DNA of 64,000 bases. Source: Candidatus Poribacteria bacterium. Its GTDB lineage: Bacteria; Poribacteria; WGA-4E; WGA-3G. Below, piece by piece: positions 17,243 through 27,428 of the stretch. Below the pieces are notes generated by a model that saw only the letters and a list, made by a program, of their open reading frames with translations, did not search any database and was not told the origin of the DNA. Position 1 is the stretch's first letter. Every line of letters starts with the position of its first letter. The position numbers were made by a program, and so were the translations under genes. The stretch covers positions 1,344,915 to 1,408,914 of the forward strand of contig OZ244804.1 in the NCBI GenBank assembly GCA_965220065.1, read 5' to 3'.

Positions 17243-19315
17243 GTGTGCCTATGGCACTTGGGATTTATAAGAAAGTCCCTTCAAAACAGATCCGAAATGC
17301 CGCACACGAAACCGATCTTATCCCCATCAAGACCGTCCTCATCCGTCAGTTGGCGGTCTATAGCAATTGGACTTCTTCTCATCCCCATCAATTGTTATTG
17401 GATTACCTATATTGAACTGGTACAATATTCCGCACAGCCTACCATCGTCTCGCTTATTTTCACGGTCGTTTTCAATGTGCTTGTGCTGATCGGACTTAAC
17501 CAAGTATTCAAGCGGTTCCTACCTCGGTTCGCGCTATCTCAAGGTGAACTCCTTGTCATCTATGTCATGCTATCGGTCGCGTCCGCCACTGCCGGGCATA
17601 GCATGATGGAGATTTTGGTCTCCACATTGGGGCACGCTTTCTGGTTCGCAACACCAGAGAACGATTGGAAAGACCTATTTTGGCGGTATATCCCGAGCTG
17701 GCTTGCCGTGTCGGACAAGGGTGTGCTTTCGGGCTACTACGAGGGAGATTCTACGCTGTACACAAAGCAACATCTATTGGGTTGGCTAACACCTGTGCTG
17801 AATTGGTTCGCCTTTCTTTTCGTGATGCTGTTTGTTATGGTTTGTATCACTGTCATCGTACGAAGACCGTGGACGGAAGATGAGAAACTGGCATATCCGA
17901 TCATCCAACTTCCGGCTCGGATGACGAGCGACGGTTTCTTTACGAATCGGCTGATGTGGATCGGTTTTGGGCTTGTGGCAGCTTTCGATGTCGTTAATGG
18001 TCTCCATCACGTTTTCCCTGCGATACCCTCCGTCTACGAGAAAGCATACCGTTTCAGATTCACAGAAAAACCTTTCTCCGCAATGGAGTGGTTGCGATTA
18101 GGGATTTATCCCTTTGTTTTAGGCATCGGATTCCTAATTCCGTTGGATCTGTTATTTTCAACGTGGTTTTTCTTTTGGGTGTGGAAGGGACAACAGGTCA
18201 TTGGAAGCATGATGGGTTTAGAAGGGACGGGGTATCCTTACGTCAACTATCAGGGATTTGGCGCGTATATGGGCATCTTCCTAATTGCCTTGTGGAGGGG
18301 TCGGGGTTACCTTCAAGGTTTGCTGGAAGCGAAAACCGACTTTCTTAATGACAATAGTCCACAATTTGTAGCCCATAACGAAGTGGAGGGCGGATCTACG
18401 GGGGGTCCCGCGAATGCACACACCCGCCAGAACGAACCGCAAGGTATAATTAAAAAGCCGATGTCACCCTTGATCCTTGTCCTCGCATTGATTGCTGGTG
18501 TCGCGTTTCTAACCTTTTTCTGTTTAAGAGCGGGTATGTCCCTCTGGGCGATCCTCGTCTTTTTTGGACTCTATTTCGCTTTCTCAACGGCGGTTTCTCG
18601 GATGCGCGCTGAACTCGGATCACCAATGCACGACTTACACTATACCGGACCCGAACGGGTCATGATTGCAGCTGTAGGCACGCGTCCGCTGGGACCGAAT
18701 AATTTGTCGATGTTCTCTTTCTTCTGGTTTTTTACACGCACCTTCGATTCGCATCCGATGCCGCATCAACTTGAAGGGTTCAAACTCGCCTCAACATCGG
18801 GAATCCGGAGCCGTTTTATGCTATTTGCAATCCTTATTGCGCTGTGCGTCGGCATCCTCTCGCAATTTTGGGCACTTATATCCATACCTTACCGACTCGG
18901 TGCTTTACATGAGATGTCCCGCGTGCCAATCATATACGGGTCTGAACCGTGGACGCAGCTGCAAAGATGGTTAGCACATCCACTTGCGCCCGACTATTGG
19001 GCGTTGGGATTTACGGGAATGGGTTTACTGTTCGCGCTGTTCCTTATGTTGATGCGAATGAAGTTTTTTTGGTTCCCTTTTCATCCCGCAGCGTATGCCG
19101 CCGTGTGCGGGAGTTGGGCGGTCAACTACATCTGGTTTAGCTTGGGGATCGTGTGGGTACTGAAATTGCTTCTGTTGAAGTATGGCGGAAGAAATGCCCA
19201 TCGAAAGGCGATGCCGTTCTTTCTGGGATTGATATTGGGGCAATTTACCGTTGGGAGTCTATGGACAATATTGGGCATGGTGTTTAATATACCTGCTTAT
19301 GGAATTTGGCCGTAG
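17243..19315 (+). CDS. Large polytopic membrane protein (about 690 aa), hypothetical. The start is uncertain; an alternative ATG lies at 17297.
   Basis: More than 12 hydrophobic segments. No known motif recognised. Confidence 0.45.
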   Translation: MCLWHLGFIRKSLQNRSEMPHTKPILSPSRPSSSVSWRSIAIGLLLIPINCYWITYIELVQYSAQPTIVSLIFTVVFNVLVLIGLNQVFKRFLPRFALSQGELLVIYVMLSVASATAGHSMMEILVSTLGHAFWFATPENDWKDLFWRYIPSWLAVSDKGVLSGYYEGDSTLYTKQHLLGWLTPVLNWFAFLFVMLFVMVCITVIVRRPWTEDEKLAYPIIQLPARMTSDGFFTNRLMWIGFGLVAAFDVVNGLHHVFPAIPSVYEKAYRFRFTEKPFSAMEWLRLGIYPFVLGIGFLIPLDLLFSTWFFFWVWKGQQVIGSMMGLEGTGYPYVNYQGFGAYMGIFLIALWRGRGYLQGLLEAKTDFLNDNSPQFVAHNEVEGGSTGGPANAHTRQNEPQGIIKKPMSPLILVLALIAGVAFLTFFCLRAGMSLWAILVFFGLYFAFSTAVSRMRAELGSPMHDLHYTGPERVMIAAVGTRPLGPNNLSMFSFFWFFTRTFDSHPMPHQLEGFKLASTSGIRSRFMLFAILIALCVGILSQFWALISIPYRLGALHEMSRVPIIYGSEPWTQLQRWLAHPLAPDYWALGFTGMGLLFALFLMLMRMKFFWFPFHPAAYAAVCGSWAVNYIWFSLGIVWVLKLLLLKYGGRNAHRKAMPFFLGLILGQFTVGSLWTILGMVFNIPAYGIWP

Positions 19316-19379
19316 CATAATGTAGTTATATTTTCTTATCTCGCAAAAATCAATCAAACTAAAAGGAGAGAAAAATAGA

Positions 19380-20507
19380 ATGCAGATTCAAAAAATTCAG
19401 GCGTTTCCACTTGCCTACCCAGAACCACATTACAAGGGTATTGAACGTTACATCACGCTCGCTCGCGTGGAGAGCGACGACGGTCTCGTGGGCTGGGGGG
19501 AGTGTATCTCACAATTCCGAGAAGCGACACTCGCAACAAAGATAATTATTGATGAAGGATTTGCGCCGATGCTTACCGGTGAAGATGCTCTGGATGTGGA
19601 ACGGCACTGGCATAAAATGCTCGATCACATCTGGTGGTATGGTCCCGAAGGCATCGCCGCATTCGCTGTCAGTGCTGTGGACATGGCGTTGTGGGACTTA
19701 AAAGGCAAGGCACTCGGTCTGCCTGTCTGTCAACTCCTTGGGGGGCAACTCCATGACAAGATCGTTGCAATGGCATCCATTATCTTTGATATGGAAGACT
19801 TGGACTGGACGCTCAACGAATTTCGGTGGTTGCGAGAGCAAAACTACCGCGTCGTCAAGGGCGGTTGGGGGATGCGACCAGAGGCGGTATTCGGTCTTGA
19901 TCGCCAGCGTGATATTGAGATGATTCGTCGCGTGCGTGAGGTCATTGGAGACGAACTTGAGTTTGTCATTGATACACCCGGTCACCGTCGCATTTGGGAT
20001 GTCCCGACAGCGATTCAACGTTTCCGAGATCTTGAACCCTATCGGCTCAAATGGATTGAGCAACCCCTACCACCTCAAAACTTTGACGCGTATGCCCAAC
20101 TGCGGTCAGCAGTTATGACGCCCATCGGGACAGGTGAAGATGAATGGGATGTCGAAAGTTACAAACGGCTTATCCAGTCGGGTGGCGTCGATATCGTACA
20201 AATTGATCCGGGGCGTTGTCATGGACTCACCGGCAGCCGACACGTTATCAAACTCGTTGAGGCGGAGAACCTGCTGTTCAGTGCGCATTCGTGGAGCAGT
20301 GCTTTAAACACGGCGGCGAGTCTGCACATGCTCGCGAGTTCACCGCATGCGGATTGTACGGATTTCAAGCCTCACGAATCCCCGATGCAGCATGAATTGG
20401 TCAGTGATCCGTGGGAACAAGAGGACGGATATGTCACCATCCGAGACGTCCCCGGACTGGGTGTCACAGTGCGAGAAGATGTTGTAGAGAAATACGTGTT
20501 CGGATAA
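19380..20507 (+). CDS. Enolase-superfamily enzyme (mandelate racemase / muconate lactonizing enzyme family; sugar-acid dehydratase-like)
   Basis: '...VGWGECIS...' N-terminal capping domain and a C-terminal barrel with metal-ligand Asp/Glu pattern. AAGGAGAG RBS. Confidence 0.8.
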   Translation: MQIQKIQAFPLAYPEPHYKGIERYITLARVESDDGLVGWGECISQFREATLATKIIIDEGFAPMLTGEDALDVERHWHKMLDHIWWYGPEGIAAFAVSAVDMALWDLKGKALGLPVCQLLGGQLHDKIVAMASIIFDMEDLDWTLNEFRWLREQNYRVVKGGWGMRPEAVFGLDRQRDIEMIRRVREVIGDELEFVIDTPGHRRIWDVPTAIQRFRDLEPYRLKWIEQPLPPQNFDAYAQLRSAVMTPIGTGEDEWDVESYKRLIQSGGVDIVQIDPGRCHGLTGSRHVIKLVEAENLLFSAHSWSSALNTAASLHMLASSPHADCTDFKPHESPMQHELVSDPWEQEDGYVTIRDVPGLGVTVREDVVEKYVFG

Positions 20508-20642
20508 CCGAACCACAAGACAAATTAAAAGATCGAAATTTCCGTCTACTCAAGAATACGCGCAGCTCGTAATGAAATGGAGAGGGGATATACGGAAAAG
20601 AACGTTAAATACGAAACCCAACTGACCGAACCGCAAGGAAAA

Positions 20643-21575
20643 TTAAAAATTTGCCTTCACGACACCTTTGATGTAGCTTCCGTCTCCACCCGTTGCTTCT
20701 TTGAGGAGTGCTGGATAATCTTGCAACGGGACGATGTGCGTCACAAGCGGTCTTAGGTCGATGTGGCCACGCTCGAGGAGCCGAATCGCTGGCGGAAACG
20801 TATCCCGTATCTTCGCGCCCGGGGACGAACTCACCAAGTTAAACCCGCCGCCGTGCCACTCAGAACCGTTAATTGTGACTTCCTCTCGAACCCAACCGAA
20901 AAGATTGATATGTCCGCCTCTGCGAACAATCTTCGTCGCGAGATTTAACCCTTGCGGTTTGCCAGAACAGTCGAATATCACGTCAATTGTGCGTCCCTTC
21001 AGTTCTGATACCAGTTCGGCGGCATCGACTTCCGTTGGATTATACGCGAATTGCGCCCCAAGCGATTTCGCCAATTTCAGTCGATCTTCGACGATATCAA
21101 TAGCGATAAGGTCATGCGTGTAGAATTGGCTCAGTGCTTGGATGAACATAAGTCCCATAAAACCGCACCCGATGACTGCAACGTTGTCGGCGGGTAGCAA
21201 AGGTGCAGTGTCCAGCCCCGTTACAACGCATGAAACCGGTTCAACGATCCAATATTCGTCGGCGAGGTCTGATTCTGGGAGTACATACATACGGTCGGTT
21301 GTGCAATTCTTAATACCGTCGAATCCCAACCCCGCGCCTGTAACACGCATCCCTTCCTCAAAATCCCGGACACCACGCCCGACTTTTGTGATGTAGCCAA
21401 CACCTTCGTGCCCCGGTGGTGCCGTGCCACCGTCACGAAAGGTCGCTAAATCCCATGCACAGATCCCACAGGCGGCGCTCTGAATCTGCACTTCGCCAGC
21501 CTGCGGATCGGATACATCAATATCAATAATCTCGACTCCACCGTTTTCTCCATACTTAATCGTTTGTGTTTTCAT
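20643..21575 (-). CDS. Zinc-dependent medium-chain alcohol dehydrogenase (MDR) family
   Basis: 'GHEGVGYITKVGRGV' Zn motif. Rossmann fold 'VAVIGCGFMGLMFIQAL'. Start set at MKTQTIKYG (ATG 21575). Confidence 0.75.
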   Translation of the reverse strand: MKTQTIKYGENGGVEIIDIDVSDPQAGEVQIQSAACGICAWDLATFRDGGTAPPGHEGVGYITKVGRGVRDFEEGMRVTGAGLGFDGIKNCTTDRMYVLPESDLADEYWIVEPVSCVVTGLDTAPLLPADNVAVIGCGFMGLMFIQALSQFYTHDLIAIDIVEDRLKLAKSLGAQFAYNPTEVDAAELVSELKGRTIDVIFDCSGKPQGLNLATKIVRRGGHINLFGWVREEVTINGSEWHGGGFNLVSSSPGAKIRDTFPPAIRLLERGHIDLRPLVTHIVPLQDYPALLKEATGGDGSYIKGVVKANF

Positions 21576-22110
21576 TGGTCCGCCCCTCTTCAGTAATTTC
21601 CCATCCAATGCGCGGTGTATGCCTAACATATCCATCGTTATGAAGGTGACAAAGGATGCCCCAAACCAGTGAGTTACTTCTGGCAGTATCTCTGTAATCG
21701 ACCTTGGGTATACCGAGACGTTGCCTGATCTCTTCAAGTTGGATAGGTCCCTCACATTGTGCCTCGCGTAAAATATGCAGTACCGACTCCTTGAGATCAA
21801 ATAGAGCCATGTGTGCACACCGTTTGTTTGCCTCCACGTATGACCTAAGTATGGTGTTAATCTGTGCTTCGCAGTCAACATTACGGGCTTTGAACCACTT
21901 TAAGAGATCTGGATCAACGCTCATCAAATGAGAAGGAAGAGGTGCCGTTTCCCAAAAAGTTTTATCGGTGGGTTGGGCATCTTTATCACTGAGCGCGTCC
22001 TGATAAACTTCCTCATCGCTCATTGTATCAACTTTTTCCCAATCCGTTTCATCAGTGACATGTGTGAGTTCTTCACGCGTATATTTGACTAAAGTAGATT
22101 TGTCTTTCAT
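21556..22110 (-). CDS. brnA: BrnA-like antitoxin with a ~70-aa C-terminal winged-helix-like extension
   Basis: 'DPDLLKWFKARNVDCEAQINTILRSYVEANKR' matches the BrnA signature. The start overlaps brnT by 38 nt. The 3' end overlaps the ADH start by 20 nt. Confidence 0.55.
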   Translation of the reverse strand: MKDKSTLVKYTREELTHVTDETDWEKVDTMSDEEVYQDALSDKDAQPTDKTFWETAPLPSHLMSVDPDLLKWFKARNVDCEAQINTILRSYVEANKRCAHMALFDLKESVLHILREAQCEGPIQLEEIRQRLGIPKVDYRDTARSNSLVWGILCHLHNDGYVRHTPRIGWEITEEGRTNENTND

Positions 22111-22351
22111 CCTTAGTTGCCTTTCTTGCTGAAATAATACGACGCGTGTTGCCCCGCCACGTATAAATCACATACAAGAGACGACCCGCGCTTCGACCGA
22201 GGACAACAATTCTTTCTTCGCCGTAGTCGTATCGAACATCTACGCGCTCTATCCGATCAGGGTCATCAAAGACGAGGGAAGCGCGTTTAAAACTAATTCC
22301 ACGCTTTTGGATACATTCCTGATTTTTCTGTTCGTCCCATTCAAATTCCAT
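22073..22351 (-). CDS. brnT: BrnT toxin (DUF497, RelE-fold ribonuclease)
   Basis: 'MEFEWDEQKNQECIQKRGISFKRASLVFDDP...RIVVLGRS...LLYVIYTWRGNTRRIISARKATKDERQIY'. Confidence 0.7.
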   Translation of the reverse strand: MEFEWDEQKNQECIQKRGISFKRASLVFDDPDRIERVDVRYDYGEERIVVLGRSAGRLLYVIYTWRGNTRRIISARKATKDERQIYFSQIYA

Positions 22352-22466
22352 TATGGCAGATTTGAGGCGTGCCTTCTCCTAATCCTTACAAACTGTGTAC
22401 AGTATAACGTACTTTGTGTGGATAGTTAAGGGAAATTTAATAGGATAAAGTATTTTCGCAGTTAGA

Positions 22467-23627
22467 CTACCAGTTCGTGTGTGATCCGTCGCGTCGGCGA
22501 AGGTGAGGCGGTTCCGCGAATTTGAAGGTCTGTGACGTTACGAGTTCCTCATCAACGTCAACGCCCAAGCCGGGACCGTCCGGTACCGGTATAACCGCAC
22601 CTTCGAGTTGGTGTTGCACGGGAAATAGGTCTTCGTCATAGTGTCCTGATGCTTCTGTTGGAGAGACTCGGATTTCTAACCAAGCGAAATTGGGAACCGC
22701 CGCTGCCAGATGAACCGTCGCCGCCGTGCAAATGGGACCTAATGGGTTATGCGGCATCAGGTCGATGTAGTGCGTCTCAGCCAAGCCTGCAACCTTCATC
22801 GATTCCGTTAATCCACCGACGTTGCATACGTCAAGTCGGGCAAAATTCGTGATACCGCGCTCCAGATACGGAAGGAATTGCCACTTACTGGAAAATTCCT
22901 CGCCAATGGCGAATGGGACATCGACCATCGTCCGCAGGGATTCATACGCTTCGGGGGTCTCATCTCGGATCGGCTCCTCCAAAAAGTCAAGTGTGCCAGA
23001 AGGCATACGTTGGCAAAAAGATGCCGCTTCCGCAACGCTGAGCCGGTGATGATAGTCGATGCCGAGGACAGGTTCGGATCCGATGGCTTCTCGAAGTGCC
23101 GTCAACCACTCCGCCGCGAGACTGATGGACTCGCGTGGCTCAAAAATATTCTCCTCACCCGGCTTCGCACGATGCAACACGTTTGTTCGGATGACGTTCC
23201 ACCCGTTCTCAAGCAATAAATTCGCGTTCGCAATTAATTCCTCAACTGTAGCCGCGCCCGTCGTTGCGAAGCACGGAACAGCGTCGCGTTGCTTGCCACC
23301 GAGCAGTTGATAAACCGGCACGTTCAACGCCTTCCCGACAATATCATGGAGTGCAATGTCGATCGCTGAGATTGCTCCGGTCAATGCCCGACCGCCCTCA
23401 AAATACTGGCTCCGGTACATCTCCTGCCACAATCCACCGATCCGCATTGGATCGCGTCCAATCAGGAATTCACGATAGTGTTTAACCGCTCCCGCGACAG
23501 CCAATTCTCGACTCGAAAGTCCGGATTCGCCCCAACCATAGATGCCTTCATCGGTCTCCACTTTGACGATGTGTTGATTTCTGTGTCCCACCCAAACAGG
23601 GTACGGTTTGATGTCAGTAATTTTCAT
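22467..23627 (-). CDS. Enolase-superfamily dehydratase (D-galactonate / D-mannonate dehydratase-like MR subgroup)
   Basis: 'MKITDIKPYPVWVGHRNQHIVKVETDEGIYGWGESG...VPVYQLLGG'. Start set at the internal ATG 23627. Confidence 0.8.
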   Translation of the reverse strand: MKITDIKPYPVWVGHRNQHIVKVETDEGIYGWGESGLSSRELAVAGAVKHYREFLIGRDPMRIGGLWQEMYRSQYFEGGRALTGAISAIDIALHDIVGKALNVPVYQLLGGKQRDAVPCFATTGAATVEELIANANLLLENGWNVIRTNVLHRAKPGEENIFEPRESISLAAEWLTALREAIGSEPVLGIDYHHRLSVAEAASFCQRMPSGTLDFLEEPIRDETPEAYESLRTMVDVPFAIGEEFSSKWQFLPYLERGITNFARLDVCNVGGLTESMKVAGLAETHYIDLMPHNPLGPICTAATVHLAAAVPNFAWLEIRVSPTEASGHYDEDLFPVQHQLEGAVIPVPDGPGLGVDVDEELVTSQTFKFAEPPHLRRRDGSHTNW

Positions 23628-23667
23628 GATGTCTCTCCTACGCGGACTTTGTACTGGATTCCTAATC

Positions 23668-23696
23668 CTTATACCAAATTGCTTGGCACTTGTCAA
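23668..23696 (-). promoter_or_regulatory. Putative sigma-70 promoter for the enolase gene at 22467-23627
   Basis: Read on the minus strand: TTGACA, then a 17-nt spacer, then TATAAG. About 35 nt upstream of the ATG. Confidence 0.4.
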
Positions 23697-23783
23697 TTGG
23701 TTTTCGTATTTTTAAACATCAGCCATACTTGAATCAAACAAATAGATATGTTAAAATGGCAGAAACAGAAGGGAGGCATTCAG

Positions 23784-24626
23784 ATGGCTAACGATCACGT
23801 TAAAATCGCGGCATGTCAACTGCTCACAAGCGAAGACGTTTCCGCCAATACCGCAAAAGTGCTTCAGCAGATCGAAACGTGTGCAGAGATGGAGATCCAG
23901 ATTGCGGCGTTCCCCGAGGGGTGTCTGTTCGGTTACTGCTGTCGGACAGATTATTGGGAACATATCTCGCCACAGGTTTTTAAAGAGGCAGAGGCAAAAA
24001 TCGCCGAAGCCGCACGTCGGCACGGAATAGCCGTTATTGTCGGATCCGCGCATCACGATGGAGAAAATTGGCACAACGACCTTGCGATTTTCGATCAGCA
24101 AGGAACCCTCAAATACCGTTACGGCAAAACCTTTCTCGCAGGGGAAAAGTGGTGCACGAACAATCGCGGTCCGCTACCGATTGTGGAACTCGCTGGTGTT
24201 GCGTGTTGCTTTATCATCTGTCACGATGTACGTTATCCAGAGTTAGTTAAGTTACCCGCGGCGATGGGAGCACAACTCTGTATCTTCTGCTCTTGTGAGG
24301 CGGGGTTGCTATCGGAATATAAACTCTCTGCTTACCGCGCAATGCCGATCTCACGGGCGACGGAAAACGGTATCTATCTCCTGATGGCGAATACACCTGC
24401 AAACCCCGATGACATCCGTTCACCCGGATCGTCGCATGGCAACTCGAAGATCATCCATCCAGATGGTAATGTCATCAAGGAGGCAGGATTTTTCGGAGAT
24501 GACATCGTTTTGGCAACAATAGATCTCTCGCAGGCGACAGGTTCGCAGGCGAAACGGACCAGCAATGAAGACACTATCCTACGGGAATGGTTCCGACAGG
24601 GATGTGAATTTGTTGTAAAAGTCTGA
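23784..24626 (+). CDS. Carbon-nitrogen hydrolase (nitrilase superfamily)
   Basis: 'VKIAACQLL...AAFPEG' (catalytic Glu region) and 'CFIICHDVRYPE' (catalytic Cys). GAAGGGAGG RBS. Putative promoter TTGAAT-17-TAAAAT at about 23727-23755. Confidence 0.75.
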   Translation: MANDHVKIAACQLLTSEDVSANTAKVLQQIETCAEMEIQIAAFPEGCLFGYCCRTDYWEHISPQVFKEAEAKIAEAARRHGIAVIVGSAHHDGENWHNDLAIFDQQGTLKYRYGKTFLAGEKWCTNNRGPLPIVELAGVACCFIICHDVRYPELVKLPAAMGAQLCIFCSCEAGLLSEYKLSAYRAMPISRATENGIYLLMANTPANPDDIRSPGSSHGNSKIIHPDGNVIKEAGFFGDDIVLATIDLSQATGSQAKRTSNEDTILREWFRQGCEFVVKV

Positions 24627-24658
24627 AATCAGCAATACATTTATCAGGGATAGGATTC

Positions 24659-25912
24659 ATGCCAAATCACACTGTTCAAATCCGAGCCGCTCGGCTCATT
24701 GATGGGATAAGTACATACGCTAAAAACGACCAAGCGATTCTTGTGACCGATGGTCGGATTGATGCCGTTGGACATCACGAAGAGATTACGGAACAGACAC
24801 CACCGGATGCGGAAGTTATCGACCTTGGGGACGCGTACATCACGCCGGGACTCATCGATGGTCATACACATCTGAGCCTCGCAGGTGACGGTCGGAACTA
24901 CGTTCAGATGTTCTCGGAAACCGATGAGATGATGGTACTGACCGGTGCGATGAATCTGCAACGCCATCTCGCCGCAGGGATTACAACCCTTCGCGAACAC
25001 GGTGCGAGGAACAAGGTAGGATTTACACTCAAGGAAGGGCTTGAACGCGGTTATATTCCCGGTCCCCGCACCTTGGTGAGCGGACGACCGATCACTTGCA
25101 CAGGCGGGCATTTCCACATGTGTAACGAGACTGCAGATGGTGAAGCAGAGATGCGACGCTCAGTTCGTCGCTTGGTTCACGAAGGCGCAGATTACATCAA
25201 GATTATGGCATCGGGTGGAGGAACCGCCGGAACGATTCCCGGACGCGCCAGCTACTCAGTTGCTGAGTTGCATGCCGCCGTTCACGAGGCACACCATTTC
25301 CATCGGCTCACGGTGGCGCATTGTCGGGCGAAAGAATCGATGGTGCGAGCGGTTGAGGCAGGCATAGATCTGATGGAGCATGCGGAATTCCTCGACCCAG
25401 ATGGCGAACTCCGGTTTGATCCTAAAATTGCCGAGATGATGGCGGAATCCGGCATCTGGATTAGTCCAACCCTTCAAGCGTGGACAGGGTATCCGCGCAT
25501 TGTTGAACTCCGTGGAAAACGAGATGCCGATACGATTTCCCCTGATGAAGCAACCGAGTTGCAGCGACTTGAGGCACGGGCGGAAGTCCGTTTAGATGTG
25601 ATGAGACGCATGCTCGACTACGATCTGCGAGAACGGATCGTTCCCGGCACGGATTCAGGGGTTGGTAACCTTGCGTTTGGTCATCTCGATTATGACTTGC
25701 AACTACTTGTTGAAGTTGGATTTACACCGGCAGAGGCACTCATCTCAGCGACCCGTATTTCCGCTGAGGCAATCGGGATGGCGGATGAGATTGGGACGAT
25801 CGCACCGGGAAAAATCGCCGATCTCGTTGCATTCGAGAGCGATCCAACGAAGAATGTCGACGCGTTCAGCCGAGTGACGGCGGTATTTCAAGCGGGACAA
25901 CGGGTGAAATGA
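24659..25912 (+). CDS. Metal-dependent amidohydrolase superfamily protein
   Basis: 'ITPGLIDGHTHL' HxH metal-binding motif. TIM-barrel hydrolase length. Confidence 0.75.
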   Translation: MPNHTVQIRAARLIDGISTYAKNDQAILVTDGRIDAVGHHEEITEQTPPDAEVIDLGDAYITPGLIDGHTHLSLAGDGRNYVQMFSETDEMMVLTGAMNLQRHLAAGITTLREHGARNKVGFTLKEGLERGYIPGPRTLVSGRPITCTGGHFHMCNETADGEAEMRRSVRRLVHEGADYIKIMASGGGTAGTIPGRASYSVAELHAAVHEAHHFHRLTVAHCRAKESMVRAVEAGIDLMEHAEFLDPDGELRFDPKIAEMMAESGIWISPTLQAWTGYPRIVELRGKRDADTISPDEATELQRLEARAEVRLDVMRRMLDYDLRERIVPGTDSGVGNLAFGHLDYDLQLLVEVGFTPAEALISATRISAEAIGMADEIGTIAPGKIADLVAFESDPTKNVDAFSRVTAVFQAGQRVK

Positions 25913-26385
25913 AGCACAATATGCAGTCAAACATTGACCACGCCATCATTCAGGAGTTGTTGACTGATGCGGAAAAAGATGGCGTGCAAAAACTGGTAGT
26001 GGGCGCGGTCATCTCGAAAAATAATAAGTTCCTGCTTTTGGAGCGAGTGCTATCTGACTTCATGGGGGGATTTGTTGAAATTCCGAGTGGTACCGTGGAG
26101 GCGGGGGAGGATTTACTCACGGCACTCGCCCGGGAAGTCCAGGAAGAGACAGGACTTCTCGTAACATCAGTCCTTGAATACCTCGGATCCTTTGATTATA
26201 GATCCAGTTCTGGGAAAAAAACGAGACATTTCAACTTTATTGTTGAGGTCGAGGACAGTGAGGTCAAACTTAATCCAGCCGAACATCGAGCATACTACTT
26301 GGTTGCGTTGTCCGATGCGGCGTTTACAACGCTTAATATCTCAGACGCTACCAAGGGGATTCTCAAGACTGTAGCGCAACGATAA
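25909..26385 (+). CDS. NUDIX hydrolase
   Basis: Nudix box 'GGFVEIPSGTVEAGEDLLTALAREVQEETGL'. The start overlaps the upstream stop (ATGA). Confidence 0.75.
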   Translation: MKHNMQSNIDHAIIQELLTDAEKDGVQKLVVGAVISKNNKFLLLERVLSDFMGGFVEIPSGTVEAGEDLLTALAREVQEETGLLVTSVLEYLGSFDYRSSSGKKTRHFNFIVEVEDSEVKLNPAEHRAYYLVALSDAAFTTLNISDATKGILKTVAQR

Positions 26386-26402
26386 CGCGAGCATTAAACC
26401 GC

Positions 26403-27155
26403 TCAAAATTCGTAGATGTCTGCACGTCGTTTCGCTACCTTGTGTCGCACAAGTGCTTGGAGTTCCTCCGGCATTCGCTCAAACGTTTCAGGAAGAACGG
26501 GTTGATGACCGCCCTCACGCATAAGATTCCACCAAGGCGGATAGTAGGCGATATTCAGCGCCATACGGTGCTGGTCGTCGGTTGTGTTCTCGCCTTGCCC
26601 GTGCCACGCCCCACCGTGCCATAATAACACGGAACCCCGTCGTCCACAAACGGACACTGGATGACTCTCTGCAATATCGGATGCCGAAGGTCTCCGCCGG
26701 GCGCGATGACTGAATGGCACAACGAGGGTCGCACCGTTCTCAACAGTAAAGTCCGTTATCATCCAGATCGAATTAATCATCCACGGCGTTTCAGGTAGAC
26801 GCGCTGGCAAGTCGTGCGTTGAATCGGAATGGATACCGCCCTGTGGTGCACGGGGTTTGACCCATTTTGTACACGCCTCGCCCAATCGTAGGTTATCACC
26901 GAGAAAATGGCGGACGACTTGTAGCACCTGTGGATGTGCGATGCACTCCCAACACATCTCATCGAGATTAACCACGCCGAAAAGGGTTTGATACAAATCG
27001 TCGTTCGGATCCTGAAAAGTATGGCGATTCGCAGGATCTCGGTGGAGTTGGAAGTATTTCTCTGCCATCGTATCGGCTCGCGCTGTCGGAATTGCATCCT
27101 CAATCAGACAATAACCGAATGTTTCGAGATGTTCTATTGCGTCTTGTTGTGCCAT
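26403..27155 (-). CDS. PhyH-like Fe(II)/2OG dioxygenase (fourth family member)
   Basis: N-terminal 'FGYCLIEDAI' and a His-rich C-terminal half, 'HGGAWHGQGEN'. Confidence 0.55.
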   Translation of the reverse strand: MAQQDAIEHLETFGYCLIEDAIPTARADTMAEKYFQLHRDPANRHTFQDPNDDLYQTLFGVVNLDEMCWECIAHPQVLQVVRHFLGDNLRLGEACTKWVKPRAPQGGIHSDSTHDLPARLPETPWMINSIWMITDFTVENGATLVVPFSHRARRRPSASDIAESHPVSVCGRRGSVLLWHGGAWHGQGENTTDDQHRMALNIAYYPPWWNLMREGGHQPVLPETFERMPEELQALVRHKVAKRRADIYEF

Positions 27156-27428
27156 TTATGGAATTCCTACACTTTTTAGAGGATTCTTCAGTATCAGTGT
27201 GTCCTTATTGTGTCTAATTATTGAAGTAACCCATCAATGCCAAGGCGGGACTGGGAAGCGTGTTGGTATTTTACCACGCTTTATCATGTGAGAACAAGCG
27301 GAAAAATTACGAATTTTCAAAACTATATAGGATTTAAGTGGTTGGACATGTTCTGAGAATCCTTGCCCTGACTGAAATTGGCCGCTGGACACTGACGATA
27401 AAAATTCCATGAAAAGGAAATAAAATCC

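Noticed and set aside
17252-17270. TGGCACttgggATTTA upstream of the large membrane-protein gene, as a possible sigma-54 promoter for the Rieske-bEBP regulon.
   Set aside because: The -12 element is TT, not GC, at the required 10-nt spacing from GG. 'gtggcacataac' at 11200 and 15238 lies inside PhyH coding sequence. No convincing sigma-54 promoter was found by eye.
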